From positions 1-54,287 of the IMG/VR virus record IMGVR_UViG_3300017987_000113: a stretch of DNA of 54,287 bases. One strand, given 5' to 3'. This document shows positions 21,001-29,290 of this stretch, in pieces; position 1 is the stretch's first letter, and each line of letters begins with the position of its first letter. The stretch is from a virus. Taxonomy: Duplodnaviria; Caudoviricetes. The translations under genes were made by a program, and so were the position numbers. The notes under the pieces are model-generated. The model was not told where the DNA came from, searched no databases, and was given only the letters and a program-made list of their open reading frames with translations.

Positions 21001-22714
21001 TCATTCCTATTATTACATTATTATCACCTGTTGCATTTTGTCCAGCTCCACTACCTACATAAGTATTTGAAATACCTGTTGTTGTATTAATGCCTGCCTG
21101 ATGCCCAAGATAAGTATTTGAATTACCTGTTGTAATATTTGCTCCGGCCTGTGAGCCAAGTACCGTATTAAAATTACCAGAAGTAATATCAAGAAGTGCC
21201 TGGTATCCTACTGCAGTATTATTAGCAGCCGGTACTGTTCCGGAAACGCCTTTACCTGCCTGATGCCCAATAAATACATTATGGCTGGACTCCGTATAAT
21301 AACCTGCCTCAAAGCCAATAGCAATATTATTATTGCCGGTAGTAACAGAAACAAGACTACTGGCTCCAAAAGCAGTATTATAACTACCAGTTGAAACATT
21401 GTATCCCGCATTTGTACCTACCAATGTATTGTAACTACCAGACCCAGCAGTACTGGAGCCTGATCCTGCACCAACGGTTGTATTAGCAGCTCCGGATGCC
21501 CTGTTCCGAGAAGATCCAAGACCCACCGCAGTATTACTGTAGCCTGCAGTAGAAGCATATAAAGCCTCATGGCCCAGAGCTGTATTAGAACTCTGTGTAG
21601 CATTAGAATACAAAGCCTGGTATCCGATAGCTGTATTTTGTGTGCCGCTTGTATTGCTATTCATTGCATTAATACCAACTGCAGCATTAAAATTATTACC
21701 ATCATCACTTGTACCGGAACCTGATCCAAGATAAACACTCGATACATCTGAGACAGCATCCGAAAGATCATCTATTGCTGAAGCACCGCCTCCGCCACCG
21801 GCACCAAGATCAACAGTAGATCCGTTTATCCTGGCATACATACTTGTAGTAGTAGTCCATATATCTCCGTTCTGAGGAGCAGAAGGAGCTGTACCATGTG
21901 CAATATTAAGGCTTGCTCTTGATGTAGTAGAAGCAGAACAAAGCACCCGATCTCCAAAACTTACTTCTCCAGCCTGGGTTGATATAGCATAATTTTGTGC
22001 AGTTCCTCCACTTACATTTCCGATTAAAAGACCATAATTTTGTGTAGATGTTCCAGTTACACTTCTGATATAAACACCATAATTATTTACACTGCCACCT
22101 GTTATGTCTCCGATACGTACTCCTGTATTGCCCAATGTACCAAGGCTAAAATCTTCTATCCAGACACCATAAGCATTATCGATGGCAGATGTTCCACCAT
22201 TAGAATTTTCCAAACGTACACCAGAATAAGTATCTGCTGTCATTGTGGTACCGGGAAGAATAACAAGATTTGATTTTAATCCGGCCATAGTTCCATATTC
22301 GGAATCTGTCAGATTAAAAATAACACCAAACATTCCACTGGCCATATTTAAAACACCCCCTCCGGTATTATAAACCACTCCACCAGCTCCGGCTGCTTCA
22401 TATATCGTCGTAGGTACTGTATGATTAATAATACCATAATTAGTTGACACTATAAAATCCATATCATCAACACCAGCTGTTGTTGCATAATATAATGCAC
22501 CTGCAGCACCTTGCAATCCCGTTCCAGTACCAGGAGAAATTATAGTTACATCTGATTTAATCCCTGCATCTGCCAATGATACTCCACCAGGAATAGGTGT
22601 AAATACTCTTTGATGTTCGATAAGCCCATTGATACCTTTTTCATACTCGGAGCCCACCTTTAAAAACGAAAAGGTATTCTTTCTGTGAATACCTGTACCT
22701 CTTTCTTGTTTCAT
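18023..22714 (-). CDS. Tail fibre/adhesin with long YadA-head-like (N-x-A/F-I-G-x-x-A) repeat region
   Basis: Dozens of ~14-aa NxAxGxxA repeats; Gly/Thr/Asn-rich; VGIGT motif. Confidence 0.75.
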   Translation of the reverse strand: MKQERGTGIHRKNTFSFLKVGSEYEKGINGLIEHQRVFTPIPGGVSLADAGIKSDVTIISPGTGTGLQGAAGALYYATTAGVDDMDFIVSTNYGIINHTVPTTIYEAAGAGGVVYNTGGGVLNMASGMFGVIFNLTDSEYGTMAGLKSNLVILPGTTMTADTYSGVRLENSNGGTSAIDNAYGVWIEDFSLGTLGNTGVRIGDITGGSVNNYGVYIRSVTGTSTQNYGLLIGNVSGGTAQNYAISTQAGEVSFGDRVLCSASTTSRASLNIAHGTAPSAPQNGDIWTTTTSMYARINGSTVDLGAGGGGGASAIDDLSDAVSDVSSVYLGSGSGTSDDGNNFNAAVGINAMNSNTSGTQNTAIGYQALYSNATQSSNTALGHEALYASTAGYSNTAVGLGSSRNRASGAANTTVGAGSGSSTAGSGSYNTLVGTNAGYNVSTGSYNTAFGASSLVSVTTGNNNIAIGFEAGYYTESSHNVFIGHQAGKGVSGTVPAANNTAVGYQALLDITSGNFNTVLGSQAGANITTGNSNTYLGHQAGINTTTGISNTYVGSGAGQNATGDNNVIIGMTAGQGSVGAGYLYTVAIGSFALQSLTDGDSNIAIGFQSAYSVTTGENNIIIGRQAGIVLTTQTENVMIGTFAGQYTAAGSNVYIGSNVGRGASGTNTAGSNVAVGYEVLSVITTGSYNTAIGYHSMVSCLGGTNNVAAGHNAGHDLTIGGSNVIVGHDAAYSLLSGNGNVVIGKNAGYENTASSYNVYVGSYAGRYQTGQYNVFLGDQAGMGVTATSDADRNVGLGYQAGFSLTTGLQNTIIGYQAGYDITTGASNVIVGVGAGGELTTGNDNVLLGSNAGHGVSTTSNFGRAIAIGAGALLNLTTGTSNTGIGFQSLFNTADGTHNVAIGYNTIHTNISGDYNIAIGSQALYTATGDLSIAIGRNSMYSLTTGLRNTAVGHDSMVYSTTGQDNCAFGYEAMRYATAGSQNVFIGSQSGKGDIGGTSTGSANIGIGHNALTKYTTAGYNIAIGFSPLINLETGSNNIAIGHNALLSADASSGNISIGATTSDALTAGSYNTVVGYNAGTDMVTESNNTFLGAWAGSTTTGSSNVFIGYYAGANETGDNKLYIANSNTATPLIHGDFSTGMVTINDDLTVEGEIYGGNATTESLVLIDNAVDLNRINLDTTPAPNDPAFYPDTTDSINLGALANVWAAFYSKQISDTGSSVGIGTQVPYAKLDVNGDARVIASNYLILGGTAGAVSNRAKINAPASDVIEIFGSTSSTRNITVELTSNDTTAASASELWFNRYDRVVSGDYLGVLQFRGHDDRDDEYTGIQIIASGRSTWASPNLDSQLDIQVHNGTSMASRLKIDGDQIAITGDTTVEGDFTLLETYWEDVRVPLSATNRGSANAPDFAKFMDDGGGTPSQGVYTYLFNKNTEEEVYFEMQIPHAYKEGTDIEMHVHWSPMDTDTGTVRWGLEYTVANVDGTFGNTTLIYVNDAADGTAKKHQVASFSGISGTGLTISCMLICRLFRDAGDAADTYDEDAALHEIDAHIEVNTIGSRDEWTK

Positions 22715-23481
22715 TATGAGTTAGATTTAATTCCGATTATTTCAATTTGAGCTATCGTACCACCTCCATCATCAACATCTTCTGCCATGGTCTGTAAGGA
22801 AATGTAAGGAGTGCCACCGTCTGTAGAGAATACTACTTTGGTGTACTGATCTTCATCTGTGAATTCCTCGATATACTGGGAATCCTCTCCCATACCGTAG
22901 TTAGTTCCTCCGGTAGTATGCCTGGACATGATCCTTAAGTGTACTCCTGCAGAATCATTGATCACTAACCTGCAGTATAAGGTAAGGGTGTTGTAACCTG
23001 TCATATCAATCTGGGATCCGGCAGTGATATACACTCCGTCAGCTGCACCGACATTGGCCAGGGATCGGATAGTAGAAGGTGCTGAAGCACCACCGCCAAG
23101 AGCTGCCAAGATCTGTGTAAGCAGTGTATCATCATCTGCTATAGCCACCCTTAATGTTCCTATTGTGGAATTACCCTGGTCAGTAGCAATCGGATTACCG
23201 CCTAACTGTGCTACATCGACGCTTGCGGCCACACCGCCGGAAGAGCCTATGTAGGTTCGCATATCTTCAATTACTGCGTCAATGGTTGTGGGAGGAGCAC
23301 CGTCATAAAGGGAAAGATCATCGAAATCGATTATGTACCGGTTCTGCGGGCCCTGGGTTCCGGAGATAACAATTTTATCACCCCAGCGTTTAATGCTTCC
23401 TATCTGCAGAAAGAACTGGTTGGTGTATTTGTTATTCCTTTGTTCTATCCGGAAAGCATTGCTTAATATTTCTATTTGCAT
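22714..23481 (-). CDS. Putative tail/structural protein
   Basis: 255-aa Gly/Thr-rich ORF coupled to the fibre gene. Confidence 0.5.
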   Translation of the reverse strand: MQIEILSNAFRIEQRNNKYTNQFFLQIGSIKRWGDKIVISGTQGPQNRYIIDFDDLSLYDGAPPTTIDAVIEDMRTYIGSSGGVAASVDVAQLGGNPIATDQGNSTIGTLRVAIADDDTLLTQILAALGGGASAPSTIRSLANVGAADGVYITAGSQIDMTGYNTLTLYCRLVINDSAGVHLRIMSRHTTGGTNYGMGEDSQYIEEFTDEDQYTKVVFSTDGGTPYISLQTMAEDVDDGGGTIAQIEIIGIKSNS

Positions 23482-23780
23482 TACGTCATGGAATTTAGGT
23501 TTTCAATAAACTCTAATACCGCAATATGTCCTTGCTCTGCTACCTCCCATGGTATAAGTTCATTCTTGTGGAATTTAGCTGTTACCAGCTCTCCCTCTTT
23601 ATTCCACCAATGGCATTTAACACCCATAAGGTGCATTTTAGTTTCCTTTTCATCAGGATTGTGAGAGTTTGGCCTTTCTACAAACTTTTTTATGAAGTCT
23701 TCGACAAATAGCTTTTGGGAGAGATGTTCTTTGTGTGCTACTTCCCGGCCTACCTTAATCCAGTTTCTTTCGTATTCCAT
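23481..23780 (-). CDS. Hypothetical protein (SH3-like)
   Basis: 99-aa ORF with VKCHWW...FH..EL pattern. Confidence 0.55.
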   Translation of the reverse strand: MEYERNWIKVGREVAHKEHLSQKLFVEDFIKKFVERPNSHNPDEKETKMHLMGVKCHWWNKEGELVTAKFHKNELIPWEVAEQGHIAVLEFIENLNSMT

Positions 23781-23785
23781 GCAGA

Positions 23786-23818
23786 CAAAGATAATAAAGA
23801 ATATATACTAAAAGCAAA
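23786..23818 (-). promoter_or_regulatory. Bacteroidota sigma-A-type promoter
   Basis: TTTG-N21-TATCTTTG on minus strand, a few nt upstream of the ATG at 23780. Confidence 0.75.
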
Positions 23819-23993
23819 TGTGTGTTTTCGGTATGTGTTGGTAGGAATTTAGTTACCTGTTCCAGAGCGAAGCTGGTAAATAGAAGAGGAAAAAGCAAAC
23901 CCCCCTTTCCCCCCTTACCGCTTTTAGCTTACTGTTCCGTCGCTTGCTGGCAATTCTCCCGGGTACTCAAACAACCCCCCTAAACAAGAGTAT

Positions 23994-24140
23994 AAGAAAA
24001 CCCGGCTGTCAGGAGAAGGGTGCCGGGCTAACTTTAAAAAACATGAGTAAAACTATGGTATCTTACTACTGATACCGATTTGATATTCAGTATCTTTTAT
24101 TTTCCCTTCTCCTGGACTTTATATAAACCTACTAAGATCA
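23994..24140 (-). ncRNA. Candidate leader/attenuator RNA
   Basis: Downstream of TATCTTTG (24144-24151); ends in CCCGGC-loop-GCCGGG-TTTTCTT; the loop is complementary to 24104-24114. Confidence 0.45.
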
Positions 24141-24143
24141 CCA

Positions 24144-24151
24144 CAAAGATA
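24144..24151 (-). promoter_or_regulatory. Bacteroidota -7 promoter element
   Basis: TATCTTTG on minus strand. Confidence 0.6.
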
Positions 24152-24192
24152 TTCCTATAAAAATAGCAAAGTCAACAAAAGTTTTCAACAGT

Positions 24193-24226
24193 AAAAGAAA
24201 AAGCCCCGGCAAAAACCGGAGCTTTT
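24193..24226 (-). terminator. Intrinsic terminator (possibly bidirectional)
   Basis: AAAAGCCCCGG-CAAAAA-CCGGAGCTTTT flanked by A/T runs. Confidence 0.65.
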
Positions 24227-24303
24227 ATAATCGGAAAAACGTTGAAGCCGAATTACCGAGCTTAGAACAGCAAGCTGATTGCAAATATATAACAACAGTC
24301 TAC

Positions 24304-24642
24304 CTATCCCAAATTTTTAAGTTTGCAATGAGCAAGCATCTTCTTAGCTTCAGTAAGTGCTTTTAAGTACCTACCCCTTGCCTTCTCTGCCTTTGGGATA
24401 TTCCGGGCCCTTGTTAATAGCCTGTTAATATCTTTTTCAGACTCTTTGTAGCTAAACCAGGGTTTTTGCTCTGCTTTGCTTTCTTCTGCCTTCTTCTTAG
24501 CCTCCTTTAATTTAGCTATTGGGCCGGTGGCTTTTGGTTTTTCGGCTGCCTTTGTTTCCTTTTCAGGAACCTTTCCTTCGGTTGCTGAAGGATCGGGTGT
24601 TACTTTAGCACCATCAGGTGCATCTTCTTTTTTAGTTGTCAT
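24304..24642 (-). CDS. Hypothetical Lys-rich protein
   Basis: 112-aa ORF. Confidence 0.6.
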   Translation of the reverse strand: MTTKKEDAPDGAKVTPDPSATEGKVPEKETKAAEKPKATGPIAKLKEAKKKAEESKAEQKPWFSYKESEKDINRLLTRARNIPKAEKARGRYLKALTEAKKMLAHCKLKNLG

Positions 24643-24661
24643 AATACAAAATTAGTTTAAG

Positions 24662-25231
24662 TTAAACATCACGAGAATAAGCGAGAATATCAAACTTCTT
24701 AGCCTGGAAATAACCTACACCGTTATACAGGAACAGATCATTTACAACCTTTACATCACTCATAAACTTAGGCTCTCTTGTAAGGAAAACCCTGTCTCCG
24801 GCCTTCATGCCGGTCTGCTCTGTTACCTGATCGGATATAGCTACGATTATACCCTGATGTGGGTGCTGATCGAAACTTCCGGGCTTCTTAAGCATATCTC
24901 CTGTGGCGGAGCGTAAATCGCTGATATTAGTAGGGATTACTGGAATCATTGCAATAATGATATTATTCTCAATAGGCTTTATGTCTGTGAGAATATCCGT
25001 GGGAACATATTGGAAGCTGCCTTTAAAGTCAGGACACTTGCCTTTTACATATTCATTGAAAGCTTTTCCGATACTGTCTGCCTCGGTCAGTTTTTTGTAG
25101 ATCTCAGCCGTAACATAGTAGTAGTGATATACTGCATTGTTGTTAAACTCTACCTCCAGGATCTCATACTTGGGCAGATAGCCCACGGACTTGATCATAC
25201 TGCTTTCTGTCGGTTGTCTTTTCATATACAT
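24662..25231 (-). CDS. KTSC domain fused to GroES-like domain
   Basis: N-terminal SSMIKSVGY...LEVEF..AVYHYY.V...Y..L..ADSIGKAFN..VK (KTSC); C-terminal GIIVAI...MKAGDRVF...DILA (Cpn10-like). Confidence 0.7.
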   Translation of the reverse strand: MYMKRQPTESSMIKSVGYLPKYEILEVEFNNNAVYHYYYVTAEIYKKLTEADSIGKAFNEYVKGKCPDFKGSFQYVPTDILTDIKPIENNIIIAMIPVIPTNISDLRSATGDMLKKPGSFDQHPHQGIIVAISDQVTEQTGMKAGDRVFLTREPKFMSDVKVVNDLFLYNGVGYFQAKKFDILAYSRDV

Positions 25232-25252
25232 TTAATATTAATGGTTAATAAA

Positions 25253-25864
25253 CTATTGCTTTATCGCCACATCTTGCTCAACGGCTTCACTGGGAGGATC
25301 TCCCGGGTCTTGTTTATCATCATCATCGATGGGGATTGTCTGCTGTGCCTGCTTGTCGTAATACAAAAATTCATAACACTCCGAAATAATATTGTTCACT
25401 ATATCATGGATCTGGTGCGGCTGGCTTTCATCAATATCTCCTGAGAGCCATATAGCATTTGTATTCAAGGCTACTTTCTGGCCGTTGTCTACCTCATAAA
25501 CAGAAGTAATAACGACCTTGCGTTTATCATCCTCTCCTGAGAGGGCGATGCCGGTAACGGTGATCTTATCCACAATACTGTAGTACAGATCCTCAATATC
25601 CATGTTTTCGGTTTTCAGAGCCACAAAGCGTATCTTATCCAGCCTGAATGTTTTCGATACAAAAGGCTTTAACAGTACCAGCAGTCCTGTAAGATCAGGA
25701 TGCGGAGTTCTGTCCGATTTGCGGCTGTGTGTAACCGTGTAGGTTTCATCTGAAGCTGTTTGCTTTGTAACAAAGTTCAGCTCCAGGCCACCCTTAGACG
25801 CAAGGTGCTTGACCTTGGTAAGAGTGAATTGACTTGGTGATGGGTTTTTCATAATCATAAACAT
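25253..25864 (-). CDS. Hypothetical phage protein
   Basis: 203-aa ORF with PHPDL and VTGIALSG motifs. Confidence 0.65.
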   Translation of the reverse strand: MFMIMKNPSPSQFTLTKVKHLASKGGLELNFVTKQTASDETYTVTHSRKSDRTPHPDLTGLLVLLKPFVSKTFRLDKIRFVALKTENMDIEDLYYSIVDKITVTGIALSGEDDKRKVVITSVYEVDNGQKVALNTNAIWLSGDIDESQPHQIHDIVNNIISECYEFLYYDKQAQQTIPIDDDDKQDPGDPPSEAVEQDVAIKQ

Positions 25865-25880
25865 TTAATTATACATTGGG

Positions 25881-26132
25881 TTAATTATCATCCTTAACAA
25901 ATATATTGCCTCTCTCAAAGAGAGCCTGTAAGAACCACTTGCGATAGTCCTGGTATTCCTCAACAGTCTCGCTGCGTTTGCTTTCTGATCCGTCTTTATT
26001 GAGTGTTACCACCCTTTTGCGGATGGTATGCTCTGCCAGCCGGCTGCCGTGTTTGTCTCTCCAATAGATAACAGTGCCCAGCTTAAGCTCTTTAATGTCC
26101 GTAACCTTACGGTAGCCTTTGGGTGTATCCAT
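25881..26132 (-). CDS. Hypothetical protein
   Basis: Co-oriented and tightly packed. Confidence 0.55.
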   Translation of the reverse strand: MDTPKGYRKVTDIKELKLGTVIYWRDKHGSRLAEHTIRKRVVTLNKDGSESKRSETVEEYQDYRKWFLQALFERGNIFVKDDN

Positions 26133-26133
26133 A

Positions 26134-26319
26134 TTACAAATCCTCTACAATAGGGATAACCTTATCATAACGGCCAAAACGATCACGCTTGGGCTCAAGG
26201 GCGTAACCAATAATTTCGTATTCCGGAAATACATTGGAGATAACCCTGCCCCGGGCATCGATAACATAACGCTCCTCCTGATTAGAAAATCTGCTCTGTA
26301 TGATTTCTTTCTTACTCAT
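26134..26319 (-). CDS. Hypothetical protein
   Basis: Co-oriented and tightly packed. Confidence 0.5.
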   Translation of the reverse strand: MSKKEIIQSRFSNQEERYVIDARGRVISNVFPEYEIIGYALEPKRDRFGRYDKVIPIVEDL

Positions 26320-26322
26320 AAC

Positions 26323-26718
26323 TTAAAAAGGTAAATCATCGTCGTATTCTTCTACTTCTACTTCTGCAGCCTCCCCCTCTGCCTTTAATGCTGTCTGTGT
26401 ATCATCCTTTTTTTTGCGGCCGGTAGCCGTATTTATATTCCATACCTGCAGGGTGGTAAAGTTCAGCTCCTCGCCTTCGGGCTTCTGCCACATCTTGCCA
26501 CGTATGAAAAATTCTACCTCTACAAATTCCTCAAGTGCAAACTGATCTATCATGTCGCACCTCTCGTTGATAAGCTCAAACTTAATATGGTCTATAAAGT
26601 CTTGCTTGTTGTGCCTGCGTTCCATTCTCAGGATAAAATCCCGCTTCTTAAACTTTGTCCACTCTCTTGGTTCATTAATCTTGTGAACGTACCCTTTTAC
26701 TTTGAAACTTCCCTTCAT
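26323..26718 (-). CDS. DUF3127-family OB-fold ssDNA-binding protein
   Basis: FKKRDFIL, IKFEL, VEVEFFIRG..W, FTTLQVWNI and acidic DDDLPF tail; start taken at MKGSF. Confidence 0.8.
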   Translation of the reverse strand: MKGSFKVKGYVHKINEPREWTKFKKRDFILRMERRHNKQDFIDHIKFELINERCDMIDQFALEEFVEVEFFIRGKMWQKPEGEELNFTTLQVWNINTATGRKKKDDTQTALKAEGEAAEVEVEEYDDDLPF

Positions 26719-26881
26719 TTTTCCGTGTTTTTGGTTTTTGGTTAATATAATCGTAGACAAGCCCCTGCAAAACCTTGCTCATGGTTATACCCCTGCGTTT
26801 GCACAGGAACATGAAAGCCTGCTTGTGAGGGCCCGGCAACCTGAATTCAATACTGCTGTCATTAATCTGTCTGTTCATCAC
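26675..26881 (-). CDS. Ribbon-helix-helix DNA-binding protein
   Basis: IEFRLP...KQAF..LCKRRGITMSKVLQGLVYDYI. Confidence 0.6.
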   Translation of the reverse strand: MMNRQINDSSIEFRLPGPHKQAFMFLCKRRGITMSKVLQGLVYDYINQKPKTRKNEGKFQSKRVRSQD

Positions 26882-27013
26882 TGCTTACATTTAATTGTTT
26901 ATAGTTATCCTGGTACCGCTTTGCATGGTCTATGAGTGCCTGGTTAAAAGCCTTCATGGCCTCTGCACCCATAAGCAATACCAACTCTCCATTTTCATCA
27001 TAATACATCATAA

Positions 27014-27184
27014 TCAATCCTCCAGCACCTCGCAGTCCACATCTTCAACCTGATCGCCCAAAGAAGCCTGTATCCTTAACAAGCCCGGCCAGTACTGCTC
27101 ACCATTCTCATCAATGTAAATAGTCCTGACCTCCTTTATTTGCTGCGTAGTCGCCCTGCCTATGCTCCGATATCTGTACTTCAT
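27014..27184 (-). CDS. Hypothetical protein
   Basis: ATG at 27184 lies downstream of the promoter at 27243-27250. Confidence 0.45.
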   Translation of the reverse strand: MKYRYRSIGRATTQQIKEVRTIYIDENGEQYWPGLLRIQASLGDQVEDVDCEVLED

Positions 27185-27242
27185 AATAAATAACTTGTAG
27201 TCACTACAACACCCCACTACATCTGCCACATTTTCATAACCG

Positions 27243-27250
27243 CAAATATA
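27243..27250 (-). promoter_or_regulatory. Bacteroidota -7 promoter element
   Basis: TATATTTG heading the leftward arm. Confidence 0.6.
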
Positions 27251-27290
27251 TATAAACTGTCCGGACAAAACAACAAAAACTTATTAACAA

Positions 27291-27443
27291 CCACCCCCCT
27301 AACTCAATAAGACTCCCCTCCGTACTTAGACTACCACCCCCTGCCAGAAACACCCCCCTGCTCCATATATAAACCCCCTATCCCTATTTATATACCACCC
27401 TTTTTACACCCTTGCCAGCCACCCCCTGATGACCCCCCTGTCC
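27291..27443. repeat. Cluster of C-tracts ((C/A)ACCCCC(C)T-like) at the strand-switch point
   Basis: About ten runs of 3-6 C within ~150 nt of an otherwise AT-rich genome. Confidence 0.75.
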
Positions 27444-27509
27444 TTTTGCAGAAATCAAATCAATCTGCATGAAATCATTTTTATTTATTAATTACTAAAT
27501 TTTATTATT

Positions 27510-27830
27510 ATGCCAGAAACATTTAACAGGCCAGAACCGAGGAGACTCGCAACGTTCGAACCAAACATGGAACCAACAACTCTCGAGCATGAGAGTGATG
27601 GTAGGAATGCTGATTATCCTGTCTACCGCAAGGTAGCTGAGGAGACTGAGTGGAAAAGCTTGATTCGTGTGAACTTACCAGCAGTGTCCGCATTGCAGGA
27701 AGTACATGCAGAAGAGCCAATCCTTATCAACAACGAAGGTGAAATTGCTGGCGTCAATGAAGAATGTAAAATCAATCCTGAAGTTACATTCACATCTGAC
27801 GGTATCGGCAACCTGCAGTTAGCATCCTAA
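27510..27830 (+). CDS. Hypothetical protein
   Basis: AT-rich leader, own terminator, first gene of the rightward arm. Confidence 0.65.
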   Translation: MPETFNRPEPRRLATFEPNMEPTTLEHESDGRNADYPVYRKVAEETEWKSLIRVNLPAVSALQEVHAEEPILINNEGEIAGVNEECKINPEVTFTSDGIGNLQLAS

Positions 27831-27847
27831 TTATCCGAAAGGAATAC

Positions 27848-27876
27848 AAAGCTGGTGTAACAGCCAGCTTTTTTTT
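27848..27876 (+). terminator. Intrinsic terminator
   Basis: AAAGCTGG-TGTAACAG-CCAGC followed by T8. Confidence 0.75.
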
Positions 27877-28115
27877 ATCGTGCTCCACCGACGGAGGCTA
27901 TGAAGGAGCTTGGAAACAATATCCTTTACCCAATCTATGTAAGAGTAGAATGCACTGGTAACGTAACCTATCAGTGCTTTCACTCTTGCTCTGCCCACCA
28001 AGGATAGGAGTGTTATCATCTATAGGGGGATATCACATACTGGTCTATAGTAATATATTAACATATATTAACTACGTGAGGTGTATTATAACTGGTTGAT
28101 GTTGGTTAGGACAGC

Positions 28116-28337
28116 TTATTTATTTTGATTTGGCTGTTTTGTGTGTTTATCGGGGTAAATTACCAAGTGATTTCTGATAAATACCTGGTGTCTGCATAAC
28201 ATGGAGGTGCAGATGTTGTTTGTGAAGTAGTGAAGTATCTTGTGTACTTGTTGTTTGGTAAGGGATCTATACAGTATGGGATCTTTTTGTTTAAGATAAT
28301 TATAGGTGTGATCTACATAGTCCTCTGTGTATTTCAT
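28116..28337 (-). CDS. Small HU/IHF-like protein
   Basis: LTKQQVHKILHYFTNNICTSML..HQVFIRN pattern; TATCTTTG promoter at 28342-28349 directly upstream. Confidence 0.45.
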   Translation of the reverse strand: MKYTEDYVDHTYNYLKQKDPILYRSLTKQQVHKILHYFTNNICTSMLCRHQVFIRNHLVIYPDKHTKQPNQNK

Positions 28338-28350
28338 ACTACAAAGATAT

Positions 28351-28479
28351 AAAAAGGATAGATAGGGTCAACGTAACCCGAGGCAGGCGTGTCCGGTGGA
28401 GATTTAGGTTCGAATCCTAACAGTCCAGGAAGCTGGCTGTAGAATAAAGGCATTTCGCTACCATTGTCTATCCTTTTTT
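28351..28479 (+). ncRNA. Candidate structured RNA with tRNA T-arm-like hairpin
   Basis: Closing stem AAAAAGGATAGATA/TGTCTATCCTTTTT; internal TTAGG-TTCGAAT-CCTAA and ACAGTCCAG-GAAG-CTGGCTGT. Confidence 0.5.
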
Positions 28480-28482
28480 CCC

Positions 28483-28821
28483 TTGAACACTAATAAACTA
28501 AATATAGGAGACATTACAATGCTTAAAACTTTAATCACAATTACACCTAATGATGAGGTAACAGATCCTTTTGCATGGACTAATCAGATTACTACCTGGG
28601 TTTTGAATGAGCAAACTATTAATATGCTTGGTTACTCCAAAAGAGAGGTAGAACTGTATAACTATTATGTAGGATGCCTTAAAGTATTTGTTAGTGCAGA
28701 GTTGCATGAACAATTTATTACTACCTTAAATGAGGCTTCTGGTTGTGATTTCAGGTATATGATCAAGCACCTTACACCTGCTGAATGTAAGCTCTTAAAG
28801 AGAATGAAAGCATACGCATAA
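28483..28821 (+). CDS. Hypothetical protein
   Basis: ORF track; true start is probably the internal MLKTL. Confidence 0.55.
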   Translation: MNTNKLNIGDITMLKTLITITPNDEVTDPFAWTNQITTWVLNEQTINMLGYSKREVELYNYYVGCLKVFVSAELHEQFITTLNEASGCDFRYMIKHLTPAECKLLKRMKAYA

Positions 28822-28846
28822 TAACCAATTAACAGGAGATACAACA

Positions 28847-29173
28847 ATGAGTATAACTAAAGCTGTAAAAACAGAAGATCATTTAGGTAATCAAGTGCCT
28901 GTAAATCCCTGGAAATTGGGTATGGATATTCAGTGTTCACAGGACACTGCTCTAATCAGGACAGGTGAAATACATACTGTCCTTTTTAATAAAGGCAGGT
29001 ATTTTGAAACAACTATCCATGATGCTAATTTAAGGCGTTATATCGCACAAGCTATCAAGTCTAAGATAAAGTATAAAACTATGATAGTTGACAGCTGGAG
29101 AAAGCTCGAAGCTTTTGTTAAAGCTATGAATAACAAAGGATATTATATAAAGATAAATATTGACTGGATTTAA
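28847..29173 (+). CDS. Hypothetical protein
   Basis: 108-aa ORF. Confidence 0.6.
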   Translation: MSITKAVKTEDHLGNQVPVNPWKLGMDIQCSQDTALIRTGEIHTVLFNKGRYFETTIHDANLRRYIAQAIKSKIKYKTMIVDSWRKLEAFVKAMNNKGYYIKINIDWI

Positions 29174-29194
29174 ATTAAACTAATACATAAAGCC

Positions 29195-29290
29195 ATGGAA
29201 AAAGAAACGTTACTTAACGGACTAACATTTTTACTGATAGCACTGCTTGTTATTACTTCCGCAATAGCAGCTGTTGCTTTCTGGTTTTAG
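29195..29290 (+). CDS. 31-aa single-TM peptide
   Basis: MEKETLLNGLTFLLIALLVITSAIAAVAFWF; AAAGCCATG start context shared with neighbours. Confidence 0.45.
   Translation: MEKETLLNGLTFLLIALLVITSAIAAVAFWF

Noticed and set aside
897-23711. Numerous plus-strand ORFs opposite the structural genes (and minus-strand ORFs opposite the right arm)
   Set aside because: Shadow ORFs fully overlapping well-supported genes, with no recognisable motifs.
1-27200. Stop-codon reassignment as in some crAss-like phages
   Set aside because: Long structural genes are intact in code 11, and TAG/TGA stops abut the next start codons (e.g. 4524, 1482, 13640).
28385-28440. Canonical tRNA gene
   Set aside because: Only a T-arm is recognisable; no cloverleaf or CCA.
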